DNA of 64,000 nucleotides from Octopus sinensis (GCF_006345805.1 NC_043012.1:30690001-30754000), one strand, 5' to 3'. Counted from the stretch's first letter, positions 13,451 to 27,516 are shown. Notes: generated by a model not told the origin, from the letters alone. A program made the numbers and translations.

Positions 13451-13908
13451 ACTAGCAGCATAGCCCGGCATTGCCCGGGTATGTAAGAGCCCCTGGAGCA
13501 GACATGATGCTCGCTGTGAATTTAAAAAAAATTCCTGCCAATTTGTGAAAGATATTGTCGAAAATATGTCATCTTGAATTTGAATGCGATTTCCCAAAAT
13601 GGCATGAATTTATCGATTTTTTCTGATAGTAAGGTATTGCATGGAAAACTAACGACAGAATTAAATTTCTTAGGGTAGCATTAAGCTTCACCATGATTCT
13701 CGACCCCACGTCGAATTTATCAATTATTTTCAGAACTGGGGGAACTTTTCAAAATTTTCGCTGCGTTAGTTTTGAATTATGACATTGGGCTATGTGTGTG
13801 TCAAGTTTCATCAGAATCGGTTGAAAGCCGTGGTCAGGGTGAGGGTACAACCTGACAGACACACAGACACACATACAGACAAACTGCTGTTTATATATAG
13901 AGAGAGAT
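13451..13908 (+). mobile_element. Non-autonomous Helentron/HINE (DINE-1-like) element
   Basis: 5' actagc..cccggcattgcccggg sub-terminal hairpin; 3' caagtttcatcagaatcgg..(gaca/caca)n..tttatatatagagagagat; no ORF. Confidence 0.65.
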
Positions 13909-13911
13909 ATA

Positions 13912-14640
13912 CCGGAGTAAGCACATAAATGTGAAACAAGAAAAAACAAGAAAAAAGAGTACTCAAATACCAGAGGTAGAGTAATATGCTTTATTTAAAA
14001 GCAGCAGAAATATAACAAGAGGGTGAGGTGATGTCAGATACATTGACTAAGAGCTCTCTGTGAGCAGTTGAGCAGTAGTTGGCTGTGAAGTGAGGTCTGA
14101 GTTCCGTTTTGATGCTTTGAACTTGGTCCTTGTATTGGGGAGACAGGAGTTCTATACGTTTTAATCATCCCTCGATCATAAAGACAAAAGAGGTCTGACT
14201 GATGCTTTGTAAAGAGTTTAGCTTTGAAGAATATTGACTTTCAATATGTCCTTGATCGGCCAGGAAGAGCTGTGGCATCTAATGTTTGAGACAGGGACCA
14301 TATTTTGGAGATAGCCGGTTGTAAATAAACTTAAAGCGTGAGAGGGAAACATCATATTCAGTTGCAAATTTAGAGACTTCAATTCTACATAGCGTGTTCG
14401 AACCACGTCGGGATTGGTTTTGATGTTCCTCAATCTAGAGTCAGTGAAATTAGTACCAGTAATACAATGAAGTTTACTCAATTGACAATGCTGCGTGTTT
14501 CCGAGTATCCATGTAGTTACTTTATCTGCTAAAGACGGTAGGCACAACACATACTTAGATTCATACTGGGTAACTATGAGGGTAATACAAGAGTGGCAGC
14601 ATAGAATTGTGAATTTTAAAAGGTAAATCTATCCCAGAAC
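13912..14640 (-). mobile_element. Probable Penelope-like element remnant
   Basis: Terminal block cggagtaagcacataaatgtgaaac..gtaatatgctttatttaaaagcagcagaaat recalled as an octopus Penelope-type terminus; interior decayed, no diagnostic motif read. Confidence 0.3.
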
Positions 14641-16612
14641 GTGAAATATAATGACATCTAAATAATAGTTGATATTTTTTATTTCACAGATGAAATAATT
14701 TACAAAGCGCAAAGCGGGGAGATATTCATATGTTTTTCAAGTGTATAACTGATGTATGTGAAAAGGAATGACTCCAGCCAGGAATTGAAACCGCGTCCCG
14801 AACGCAGCTCATCTGGGAGGATCATCACAAGGTCTTCTAATCAGTAAAAAGCGTACCTAATTGTCAATGACCCTACTAGAAATAGCAACAGAATTTCCTT
14901 CAGATTCACAGTTCTTAGAATCGACAATGAACCAACTAAAGTGTATGATGGAGGTGGTGGGAGTAGCAACGTTTTGCTGATTGTGGGGAATTGACATCAG
15001 ATCCAGATAACGGAATCTGCTGGCGACAACCTAGTGAAGACACGTGGCTTCGTGTTTAGAGGTTTTGGGTTCGGCATCATAATGTTACGGGTTCAATTCA
15101 GAGAAGAAGCGACACGTTATTTCTTTGAGCAAGCCTCTTCAGTCTACTCAGCAATACTGAGTAATAGTCGGGTGCCAGAACAGCCCTTTCTATCTTCAAT
15201 TACGGCATCCTGCTTATTCCACTGAGCCAACAGTGAGGGGGACGAGGGGGCAGCTGTATGGGCTCGTGACTCTATAGGCACCTGAAACAATTTGAAAAAG
15301 TATGGTACATGGTACCAAGTCGTACTCGCTCGCGCGAGTAGTGAAACGCAAACAAACTGTATCAACGACTACAATGTTCTTTCAGGAGTCTTAGATTGCA
15401 ATACCAGGAGTGAAAAATACTAAGGCCATGGAGTTTCCTGATCAAATCCAGGTGGCACCTTCTAACCCATATAAGTTGAAGACCTGCTCCGTATTTCTTT
15501 ATATTCAAATCTAGTCATTTTATATTTATTTACTTTATGAAGGGAGTGGGAAGAGGTAGAATCAGGGCAAATAAAATATATTAATTTAAATACACGTTAG
15601 GAGTTGGGGGTCAATATGATTCACTGTCCCGTTTCCTTTAAAATGTTTAATGACTACTGGAACCTTCCATGAAACCCAATTTCGACTTACGTTCGGGCCC
15701 CATTCCTACTCCTGAAACCCTAGAGGACGCTATAATCTCAAAATCCGAATCACGGACATTGCCAACAATATTTAACGTTTTGATTAGCTTTCGTGTTACT
15801 AAACCAGAAAAATGTAACAGTTTTCGGTTTACATCAACCCTTGTAGTAATTGCTATTTAATTCTGGATCAGATCTAGTCGAGCGAGCCTACAATCGAAGA
15901 CATGACAGTCTTGGCCGCTTTGACTTTTTAGGATCGTCTCGGTCAAGATCTTATAATTATTAAGACTAGGAGCAGATCAATCGAGTCCAACGCCCCTCCT
16001 TCATTGAAGCCTTCGTGATATTCCTTCCAGGTGAGCTCAGTCACGGATAGGATTTCACAAATCTAAGGAATAATGAACGCCACAGCGTCACCAACTCTCT
16101 CCATACACTCTTTAAATTATCTCATGTAGTAAAAATATAAACAGTAAAACAAAAATACCAGTTATTTATTAGGGCTGATAAGACATTATAGTATTTCATA
16201 TTCTCAGATAGACTTACTAGATAGACATACATACATACATACATACATACATACATACATACATACATACATAAGTATAGCTATATCTGCTTAAATATAT
16301 GCGTGCGTATATATATATATATGTATATATATAAAGATATACAATATACAGTGTATACCCATGTGTGTGCGTAACTGATATACCTGCATAGTTACCTTGA
16401 AGTGAGTGTTACAACGACAGCAAAAACGTCAGGAATGAAAGAACCGACTTAGTGTAAACGATATAAGCCCTAAAACAACATAAGTGCATCTGTGTGTGTA
16501 TGTATGTATGTATGTATATATGTATGTATATATGTATATATATATATATATATTATATATATATATATAATATATATATATATATAGGTAGGTAGGTAGG
16601 TAGATAGACAGG

Positions 16613-16646
<34 letters not shown>

Positions 16647-17463
16647 TGTATGTATGTATGTATGTATGTATGTGTGTGTGTATATGTATATTATTGTATT
16701 TCGGAACGGTCATTTTTTTTTACCATATGAACGCACGCACTATATATTCGTTCTTCACTGGTTTATTACTGTTCTTATTCTAACTCGTGTCCATTGTCCG
16801 GAAATCTTTCGTCACACATCTGTGACCTCTCGCGTAACACTTTCCGTCTTCGTGTGTGGCTCTTGCTTTGTTTGTTCCATTATATATGTATACACGTATG
16901 CATATGTGTGTATGTGTGTGTATAGCTGAAGAATGGTCAGATAGTCAAGAAGTTCGTTTCGTAATCACTCTTAGTATTTTGGTTAACTGACATTGTCTTA
17001 ACTCTTGGGTTTCTCCAAACCCAATGAAATTAGGTGGATGGAAACTGCACGGAAGCCTGTTAAAATCAAGAACACAGCATTGTCACAGACCATGTCACGC
17101 TGATTTTACCTGAGAATTACGTTAAGTTTACACGTGTCTCTGGTATACTCAGCCATTTACTCGCTAATTCACAAAACGTGGATGAGCAAACAAACATCTG
17201 GATTCTGATCAAGATCCATTTATACACACATACACACGCATACACGCGCGCGCACGCACACACACACACACCACACACACACACACAAACATACGTACAC
17301 ATGAATGTATGCATGTATGTAATGATTGGGAGAGGAAGTTGCGTTGTCTTCCCTGAAGAAACGGTCATTAGGGAATTCCTTCCCCACTTCATGTCTCACA
17401 TCGTTTGTTTTAGAAACAATGTATCTATATCCGCATTTCACCCATTGTATGGATTTGCAACAT

Positions 17464-17674
17464 TCAAATGTCTTTAATTATCTTGGTTGACCCTTCGTTG
17501 TGCAATATACACAGGCTTCCCCCCCCTTCAAATTCGTCATTCTCAATTTCAAATTTGTTATCAACTTCAGTTTTGACATTTTCAGTCTCAATTGTCCGAT
17601 TGTTTCTCTTGATTTCCTCATCGTCAACGCAATCGTTCTCATTGCAGATTGGTCCTGATTTTCTTTTAATGATT
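17464..17674 (-). CDS. Candidate terminal coding exon (acidic, 69 aa plus stop), unknown gene
   Basis: Open 70 codons: IIKRKSGPICNENDCVDDEEIKRNNRTIETENVKTEVDNKFEIENDEFEGGGSLCILHNEGSTKIIKDI*; phase-2 AG (cataaag|A) compatible with the exon at 17817; weak pyrimidine tract. Confidence 0.3.
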
Positions 17675-17816
17675 CTTTATGGGCGTCAGTGATTACTTGT
17701 AAAATTTTTTTTTAAAGTTTAAACATTATAAAGTTTTTTAAAGGATTACAAGTTTTATCCAATAAAAATTGACGCACCTTTCATTACTGTGAATATACAT
17801 ATATGCCGTATCTTAC

Positions 17817-17939
17817 CTGTACGCAAAAGGTACTTGCAATACTATGCTGTACTGTGCTCCTGCTTGCATTTTAACTTCCACCTTCGTGAGTAAAGATGCC
17901 CCAAAGCCAAGACATTTAGGATGTCTTAAGCACATCGGT
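17817..17939 (-). CDS. Candidate internal coding exon (123 nt, phase 2-2), unknown gene
   Basis: Branch-like TAACTAAC, acceptor gtgtttcag|A, donor TACAG|gtaaga; open frame PMCLRHPKCLGFGASLLTKVEVKMQAGAQYSIVLQVPFAY with in-frame stops just outside both splice sites. Confidence 0.4.
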
Positions 17940-19197
17940 CTGAAACACTAGTTGAACGCTGGGTTAGTTATAACTTCTTAAGTTCTTTTTCATTCCTTCC
18001 TCACGAGACCCTTTTGGAACTCTTCTCAGCTGTTTTTGCTATTGCACTAAGAAATCTAGTCACGTTTCCCCCAGTAATATATAAGCATATTACAGTCGTA
18101 TACAAATTAAGCAAATGAAAATAAAGGAAGAAAATTTTAGAGGTGACTTGCGAGGTTCTTTGGGATTTAGAGTGGAGATTTTAAAATACGATAAAGAAAG
18201 AGAAGAATCGTTTAAAACTTAAGTATGTGAGTTTCAACAAACTTGGTTCTTATCGTTGATTTAAAAAAAAAAAGTTATCGAATAATGAGACATTTTCTTG
18301 CTTGCCATTACTAATTTCTTTAATTTCCCTCTTGCAGTCGGATCTTTCGCCGCTTTCGATCTTTTCAACTTTTTATCGTTGAATTATTTCCATTCCAGAT
18401 TTTGGCTAAACCACATCCATATTTTGCTGTCTAGGTGTATAAATAGTAAATTTATATACTTTAAAATTTATATTTTTTTAAAACAAATCCCTTTACCCTC
18501 ACTATCATATTTAATTCTATATCTCTCTTCAATTTGTTTTTCCCTCTATTTCTCCCCAATTGTTCCTTTACATTTATTATTAAATATGGACATTCATTCC
18601 TGTGTTTCTAAGCACCCTTTACATTATATTTTCCAATATATTCATTCTAGCCAAAACCTCTTCCCTACAATCCGCTTCCTCAGTTTTCTCCTTCTCCGCT
18701 CTGAGCGATACATCAGATCCAGTTCTCTCTGCGGTTCTCACTTTTTGGTTTTCATTATTCGTATTATGTTGTGTACAAGGGTTATGCTGTCGTCCAGCGA
18801 AAACCTTTCTATCCTATGGCAGAAACAAAAACAGCTCTAAATAGTGAAATATCTTTACTGTTCCTCTTTTAAACATCAATCTCGTTTCATTCGCCTCACA
18901 CGTTCAAAGATCAACAAAGAGAAGCTCGGAGTGTAGATAGGTAAACGAGTCGGATTCCAAAATATCATCTGCTACGATAGCATATATGTGCGTATGTGTG
19001 TGTATGTGCGTTTGTGCATACAAGTGTGTGTATGTATATATATATATATAATACATGTATATATATATGTGCGTGTGTGTTGCATACGTGTCAGTATGTA
19101 TGGATGCGTATGTTGGTGCTTCTACACATAAAGGAGTAAGAATATATATACACACACGCATAGATATTATATTTATATATATATGCATACATACATA

Positions 19198-19231
<34 letters not shown>

Positions 19232-19260
19232 CATATATACATATATATACATATATATAC

Positions 19261-19350
<90 letters not shown>

Positions 19351-19660
19351 TAAAGTTATAGGTATACTTTCATATACTCATACATGAAAGTCCATAGAGG
19401 TATATATAGTTATTCGTGCGTGTGTGTGTGTAATTATGTTAGAGTACATCTGAATGTGTATGCATAGATATACAGATATAAAATAACATATTTAGTTGTC
19501 AAAACAGGAATAATACAAATACAAACAGGTGCTGGAAAGATTGGTTTATATACACACATTACATACATACATACATATAATATATATATATATAAATATA
19601 TATTTTTATGTATATATATATATATAGATATATATATATATATAAATATATATTTTTATG

Positions 19661-19711
<51 letters not shown>

Positions 19712-20049
19712 CACACGCACACACGTGTATGTATGTATGAATGTATGTATGTATGTATGTATGTATGTATGTATGTATGTATGTATGTATGTATATATGT
19801 ATGTAGACGTATATAGGAAATGTTGGCTGATGTAAAAACAATAACGCATCGCCATGTTAGCGACATTCCGTTCAGTCTAAATATCTGACTTTCGGGTAGA
19901 TGTGTGGGTAGGAAAGGTCAACAATACACGGAAGTTAGATAAATATTAAGGTCATTGCGTGGTGGGTGGTAAGACTGGTGCCAATGTAGAACGCTGGAGA
20001 GTGGCTGGAAGTGGGGAGAACGAATAACAACAGCAAAAACAATAATCTT

Positions 20050-20260
20050 TTCTGCTATAAGCACAAGGCCGGAAATTTGGTTGAGGGGAATAGTCGATTA
20101 CTTCAACCCCAGTGTATAACTGGTACTTATTTTATCCACCCCGAAAGGATGAGAGATAAAGTCGACCTGGCCGGAATTTGAAGTCAGAACGTAAGAACGG
20201 ATGAAATGCCGTTAAGCATTTGGCCCGGAGTGTTAACGATTCTACCAGCTCGCCGCCTTA
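20050..20260 (-). mobile_element. SINE family B, near full length
   Basis: Reverse complement starts taaggcggcgagctggtagaatcgttaacac; contains core and 3' end. Confidence 0.85.
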
Positions 20261-20644
20261 GAAACACCAATAATAATAAAAACAATAATGCTTTCAAATT
20301 ATGTCACATGGCCAGCAATGTCGGGTGAGAGGTAATTGGTCGGCCCATTTCTAAGAATATTCTTTATAATGTTGGTAGCTTTTTGAAGGAAGATTTTGGT
20401 CTCAAGTGAAAAAAACCCTTCCGTTTCTGCGCTTCTCAAACGCTTTTTCTTCTTACAATTCGTCTTTGTTCAATTTTATCATGTGGTGGCCATGGACGGG
20501 TTTTTCTTTGTTATCGCCTTAGCTTTACTCACTACTCTTACGTTACACCTTAATTACTTTAATTATTCCTCTGGTTTCTCGTTTCACTTGGCAACTCAGT
20601 TTCTGTTATTATATTCGTTGTCATAGTGACAACAGAAACATGCT

Positions 20645-21115
20645 TTTGTTGTTTTCTTTTGTGTGTTGGGCCTGGAAGGAGAAAGAGGCAGTGCCGCAAG
20701 GCCCTTGTGGCTGTCCTAGACAGATGTGACTGAAGCCATTAATGTGTCACTTGAGCCTTTGTAAGTCAGCAGATACGGGGCAAGATATGATGTGGAGGCA
20801 ATGGAATTCCAAAAGGTGTGATCTGGGAAGGAAGGATCGGTGCGGTGTTTTCTGCAGGGCTTATGTAAAGGGTTGACTCAAAATGTTGATGGAATGAGGG
20901 GAGACAACTGGGACAGGAATTCCTGAGCGGGAGGTTAGCACGATGAACCCACCCAACTTCAAGTAGCAGAGGGTATTATAGTAAGGATAGGAGAAGCAGT
21001 GTAAAGGGGAATGGGCCAAAAATGTGATCTTCGTCTGGGAGGGATTTAATGTCTATCAAGTAGATGGCCCTTTTCTCGATGCGGTCAAGAATGCTTTTAT
21101 GAGAATGCCTCTATG
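20645..21115 (-). mobile_element. L2/CR1-group LINE 3' fragment (RT C-terminus), decayed
   Basis: Minus translation ILDRIEKRAIYLI ... CRKHRTDPSFPDHTFWNS resembles the LDRxQKRAIRLI ... SFFPRTxxLWNSL C-terminus; A-rich tail near 20645. Confidence 0.6.
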
Positions 21116-21189
21116 TGCAGCAGCAGTAGCAGCAGCAGTAGCAGCACCGTCCCGCATCTGTTCACCTTAGTTTCTTTTCTGTTCTGTTA

Positions 21190-21335
21190 CCTGCCGATCG
21201 AGGTCAACTTTACCTTGTTTTACGGATCCTGGGATTCTTTCCATAAAATAAAATACCAGTCAACTACTGTGACTGATGGCCTCGGCTAATCCCCCCTCTC
21301 CTCAAAACTACTGGCCTTCTTTCTAGATAAGAAAC
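21190..21335 (+). mobile_element. SINE family B fragment
   Basis: gaggtcaactttacc..aaaataaaataccagtcaactact..cctcaaaactactggcc. Confidence 0.55.
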
Positions 21336-22833
21336 CTTTCTCGACTTTATATTTGTGCTCTTCCACCGTAGATATATTTCTTAGTAATCTCACAGCTACA
21401 GATGTCCCCTGTCTTGTCCCTGTATTTGTGGTGAATATATTTCTGATCAGATTTTGAATGATGTATTCTAAATGCAATAATTACTTCCTTTGTCTCTTCT
21501 CTCAGATCTTAATTCTCATGGCTTCCATCTTATAATATTTTAAACTTATTGCGGAAATTTATTGCAACTGAGAGGGTCATAATGTCAATAATAAACACAC
21601 GGATTGGTTCTTTTCATTTCTTTTACCACCATCATCATCATCGTCATTGTCGTTGTTATCATCATTACTTGTTAACTGGCTAACTATTTATCCATTTAAT
21701 TAATCGATTGTTTACTTAGGCGTTCAATCAATCAACCAGTTAGGTTCTGGAACAACAAGGATATTGATAACTATTAATGTATTATGTGCAACGCCAGTGA
21801 CTTTCAATCTTTGTTTTCCTACATCAGTAACGATGGATTTTCTCTTACGATGTGGTTAGCAGTGACAGATTGAGAGCAACGTGACAGAGTTCACATCTAG
21901 CATCCTCCCTGCCGCTGCTCAATGTTTTTAGGCTGCTACTGATATATCTCTGTATTTCAACACAGTACGTTCATAAAAGATATATCACAAAGCTTTTGCA
22001 TTAAATATGATCCACAGATGACCTTTGTTCCGTATTACTTTATTTTTAGCAACCATATTTAAAATATTAATGTAAGATGTCTATAATAGTTGTAGTTTTC
22101 CCTTTTTCTATACGTTGCCCTTTCTCTGCGTCTAATTCGTTAACTGAAGTCAATATTTACCGGACCTGGTGCTCTTAACTCTGTTTATTTAATAAATGTA
22201 TTTCCAAACCAAATGTGATGATAAATTCCTTGCTAAATCTCTCTATTGCCTCTCCGTTTATCTTCTGTTGTTTCTTATCTCCAGCCTACAACTTGAGATA
22301 ACATCCATAAAGAGGATGATTAATTATGATTCCACCACATTGCCTGTATTCAATTGGTTGAATAACTTACTAAGAACACCAGGAAAAAGATCCTCACTCC
22401 ATGCTTCAGTATTCTGAGTTCAAATCCCACCGTAGCATATTCTTTTTATCTTTCAAGGCTCAATAGAGTCTTAGTGAAATACTCGGAGCAATTAAATCTG
22501 TAAACCTCCCTCAAGTTCTACATTACGTGTCTGTCTTTGTGGTCTACTCAAATATGGCTGTCAGTCCCTGGTAAGAACTAAGAGGAGGTACTCATTTTTG
22601 GAGTACTCTGCTATATCAGGGTTTCATATATGAAGTACTTGAAGGTTGACTGACCCCATATCGAGGATCTAGTCTTGTTTTATTGCCATTCTCTAATGTT
22701 AGTGTTGGTTAATGTTATCTGTTTATCAATCTATGCTCATTCATGTTATTTCATACCACCATTTTCTTCTATGTTTATTCGCCGTTCTTCGCCATATTGC
22801 ATCAACTTACACTTTCGTTCTCTCTCTCTCTCT

Positions 22834-22882
<49 letters not shown>

Positions 22883-23404
22883 TCTTCCTCTCAATACAGA
22901 TTGTTCTCTCACATATTTCTCCTCCCTCTCAATACTCACACTCGTCTCTTACTCTCTCTCTCCTTCATACAACCGCCGCACACTCTCCCAACACACACAT
23001 ACACATGTCCATACACACACATGCATCTCTCCTTCACTGTAAAACACATACTTCTTTATTTTACGCTTTAGAACACATTCGTCTCTTTCACTCTCTCTCT
23101 CGCCCTCTCTCTCTCTCTCTCTCACACACACATACACACACGTTCATATACACTCGTTTCCTATATTTCACAGATTTAGACACGGTTCTCTATCTCTGTC
23201 CCTGTCTGTCTCTATTTCTCTCTTTCTCTACAGTGATAGCCTTATCTCTCTTTCAAACCTCATACTAACGTTGTCTCTCTCTCTCTCTCTCTTCTTGTCT
23301 CTCTCATTCCCATAAATCTCTCTCTTTTTCTCTTCCTTCCACCAATCTCTGCTTCCTGTTGCATCCTATTGTTTTCAGACAAACTACGACAGATACAATC
23401 GTAC

Positions 23405-23733
23405 CTCCAGAATACGGTGTGCGTGCGAGTGATGGTGGAGGTGGTGGTGCTGAAGGGTAGCGGTGCTGGTGGTGGCGGGCATGGAGGAGTATTAACTGTT
23501 AAATGGTGATGATGCTTGAGTAGGGTTGTGGTCGTCGTAGAGGCGATGGCATAACAGGGTTGTTGTTGTTGTTGTTGGTGGTGGTGGTGTCGACGTTGGT
23601 AGTGGTGGTGAAAGTCGTTAACAAAACAAACCCTATCTCCAGTTGCAAGGGTTAGCAAGAGAAATATGGCGAAACTGAATGCTACGCCTTCTTGACGTAA
23701 CTTAACGGGAAAATGAGGCTGGAATTTCAGCAT
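23405..23733 (-). CDS. Candidate first/large coding exon (hydrophobic N-terminus plus His/Gln/Pro/Thr low complexity), unknown gene
   Basis: ATG with A at -3; MLKFQPHFPVKLRQEGVAFSFAIFLLLTLATG.. 109 codons plus 2 nt; donor GAG|gtacga, phase 2; could be simple-repeat noise. Confidence 0.25.
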
Positions 23734-23767
23734 TCTACTAATTGATGAGCAACAACTGCACACTCAG

Positions 23768-23855
<88 letters not shown>
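23768..23855. repeat. Pure (CA)n microsatellite
   Basis: Direct reading. Confidence 0.95.
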
Positions 23856-23857
<2 letters not shown>

Positions 23858-23950
23858 AGGCTCATAGAGCTACACTCAACTATGCTTGCTCATGAACATA
23901 TGAATATTCACAGATTGTGTGCGTGTTTATACATATGTATATATGTATGC

Positions 23951-23998
<48 letters not shown>

Positions 23999-24936
23999 TA
24001 TATATATATGTACACTATATATATATATACACACTATGTATACATACACTATATATATACATTATATATATATATATAATATATATATATATACACACAG
24101 GTACCTATGGCTCTCTATATGTATATATATCCACATATACATACACAGGTGTGTATATGTGTGTACACATACAACACACATATAGACAGATCTCTTGGTA
24201 AACAATCAGCCAGATGTTAGCCAGGAGAGAGTATTGAGGTATGTTTTCATCGTGTATAGGTTTCCATCATTGCTTTCTCGCAACCTTGAAATGATTAGCC
24301 ACCACTACCACTACCACCACCACCATCACCACCACCACCACCACCACCATCATCACCACCATCATTATCATCCCCACCCCCACGACTAGCATACTTACCA
24401 AAAATATCAAACACCAGCTTGGTTAACCGTTGTTAGAAAGAGCAGCGAAATCTCCCTCAAATCATGCACTACATCTTGAAAAAAGGAAGCCCTACATTGT
24501 ATAGCTTAGTCGAAGATAACGATTCCTGTTTGAAATGCTTTTGATCTTATTTTTGCTCGATCAGGGTTGACCTGTGGTTAAACAAGAAATCCAACAACAA
24601 TAACAATCAACGCTGCTAACATTATGAAACACAAACAAGGAAAATTATCGCAACCCACGGCTATAATCTTCACCAGTTTGATTGGCTCCATCACGGATAA
24701 CCACCAACATCGAGACCACCAACAACATCTTCAACAAGAAAAACAATTGCAGCACCAACTATAGCAGCAGCAGCAGCAGAATGAGCAAAAAGAGATTTGC
24801 AAGAACATGAAGAACGACACAGTGCCTATTCTGTGTGTGTGTGTGTGTGTGTGTGAGAAGAATAATAGCAATATGGAGGTTGATGTATTTACTTCAACAC
24901 CAGCAGTATATATACGTACACACTCACACACACACA

Positions 24937-24977
<41 letters not shown>

Positions 24978-25419
24978 GTATTAAGAGTAACAAGACACAA
25001 TTGCTGTATGCGTATATCACTTCTTGAACAACGTACAAAGACAACAACAAGAATAACATACCAGCATTAACAAACGGAACACGCCAATGAATGTATGTCT
25101 TTATAACACACCGTTTGTGTATATTAACTTTAACGTATATTAACACACAATTCTATACATCAATATTATTTACACCACAAACTGTGTTTCAATATGAAAA
25201 AAATAAACTTATATAAATAAATTTAAAGAAAAATCAAGCTCGGGAACATCATTTTTAAAAGCTGCTAACAAGTAATATTGAATGACGTTGAAACAGAATA
25301 TCGAATGACTCCACTGGTTTGTGTTAGCAAATAGAAATTACAAACATTTCAAAATTAGAATTTCTCTGTAAGGAGACCACTTTCTGATGGAAAAAATTTT
25401 CCTAGACGTCTGATCTCTC

Positions 25420-25900
25420 TTTTACTGCATAGAAACCAATGTATTTCACTACACGAACTGTTCATGTGGTCATATTGTGCACGAACGATGTATTCGTCTC
25501 GTCGCCTTCCGCAAGGAAGGAAGCAAATTTATTTTACTCAGTCTAGTGGCCATGGCTGAAGAGTTTATACGGTAGAAAAGGACCAGGAAGTTTGAAGCAA
25601 GGGCTCTTTTCACTTCCGACCAAACTTTTATCAACTTCTTTAGGTTCCAGTTAAAGAAGAAATTCAGGACCGAGAAAACATGCGAGCCAACAACAAATTT
25701 AGCAAAATGGGAGAAGTTAACATGTGGGAACCGGTTGAACGGGTTTACTTGCAGCATGAGACCAACGCTGGGAAATTGCTTTCCCTTTGGCAGAATAATC
25801 TGGGATCTGTGCGGTTCCTCGAGTGGCCCTGTAAGAGTTACATCACCCTTGTTTCTTTTCTTTTCATTCTTTTTATGGAAAGGAACAGACCCATCGTTTG
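25420..25900 (+). mobile_element. L1/Tx1-like LINE ORF2 C-terminal remnant
   Basis: One frame reads ..AFRKEGSKFILLSLVAMAEEFIR*KRTRKFEARALFTSDQTFINFFRFQLKKKFRTEK.., matching my recollection of octopus L1/Tx1-like C-termini (..GQTLINFFKYHLKRKVRVER). Confidence 0.45.
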
Positions 25901-26208
25901 AGGATTTCCCCTTCTCATGTCATCCCTCCATCGCAAAAGACAAGTTAACTTTTGCTTTCTTAAGAGTTAAGGAAACACATTGAAGGCCCGCATAAAATAT
26001 TATCTACCTTTTTCATTTGATGCTGGTATCAATTACTTCCAAATAATTTCAAGGGGAGATAATTTCAATACATCAAGATTTTACATTGTACATCATTTAA
26101 TATACCCTTATTAATTTTTCTAAGATACATACCACTCGCTTCTTTGAATCATTTCTCTCAGAGCATTTGCTTCTTACATATATATATATATGTATGTATG
26201 TAAGTGTA

Positions 26209-26297
<89 letters not shown>

Positions 26298-27270
26298 ATG
26301 TACATATATGTATGTATATTTATGTATGTATGTATGTATACAGGTATGTATTATGTTGGTATGTATATGTGTAGAAATTTCTGTAAAATACCGGGTCCCG
26401 TGAAAAGATATCGTGATTAAAAGTGTCGGATGTCAAAAGATGAAAAATTGGTTGGGTTTAATGACCGAACGGTATTCAAGAGAAAGCATTCTCTGCTAAG
26501 CTCCTTTACCGAAGATTACAAGAGATACCGACTTAACCTGTTCCATCAAAGGGAACCAAAGTAGATAAGAGTTAAAGGTATGTTAGATGGTGGCAGCAGG
26601 GGTGTTTGGCATTTTATGAATGTGGCTAATATCAAAGCGTTCTTTATTGTTTATCATTCTGTTGTTGCTGTTGTTGTTTTTGATAATGGCGTCTAGCTTA
26701 CAACATGGAGGAATTATCATTTATCAAGGATGAACGCAGTTTCTTAATCACCATAATCGACGGTATCGGAATCTTCGTCGTCGTTGACGTAATCATCGTC
26801 CGCTCCTCCTCCTCCTCCTCCTCCTCCTCTTCCTCCTCCTCCTCCTCGTCGTCATCATTGCAATCATCAAAATCACTGACTTTGAGCTCGGCCGGCAATT
26901 CCAATAATCCTCGTTACAATCACGAACGGCATTATCCATCAGCATCATCTTTAACATGTTCGTCACTGCTGTCGTCATCATCATAATCACCACCACCACC
27001 ACCATCACCGCTACCACCGCCGCCGCCACAACCACAACCACCACCACCACCACCACCACTACCACCACCATCACTATCATCATCATGCACCTTGATGTTG
27101 TAATATTCAAGTAGAACGAGAACAGCGATATCTACTGCTACTACTACTACTACTACTACTACTACTATCACTATATTTCCAGCAAAGTTTCAAATCTTGA
27201 AATAGCTTTGAACTGCGAGATGCCGACAGCGACATTGATATTAATAATAATAATAATAATAATAATAATG

Positions 27271-27323
<53 letters not shown>

Positions 27324-27329
<6 letters not shown>

Positions 27330-27516
27330 AACACCAGGACTTACAAACACATATAACATACAGAAAATTGCACTACTAGGCACTGCACACATCCTACGCA
27401 GAACACTTTCCATACAATAACCATCAGAGCATCACAACAAATCTCAGCACATACCCAAGGCACACAGAGCTGCGCTCGGTAGTGAAGTGAAAGCACGCTA
27501 TAAAAATAAAACTACC

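Noticed and set aside
23379-23460. Strong plus-strand acceptor followed by cadherin-like VRASDGG
   Set aside because: Stop follows within a few codons, no other cadherin motifs, and the donor is weak
25432-25500. RING-H2-like peptide SCGHIVHERCI behind a pyrimidine tract and TAG
   Set aside because: The flanking CxxC pairs are missing, there is no good donor, and the same frame continues into an L1/Tx1-like C-terminus
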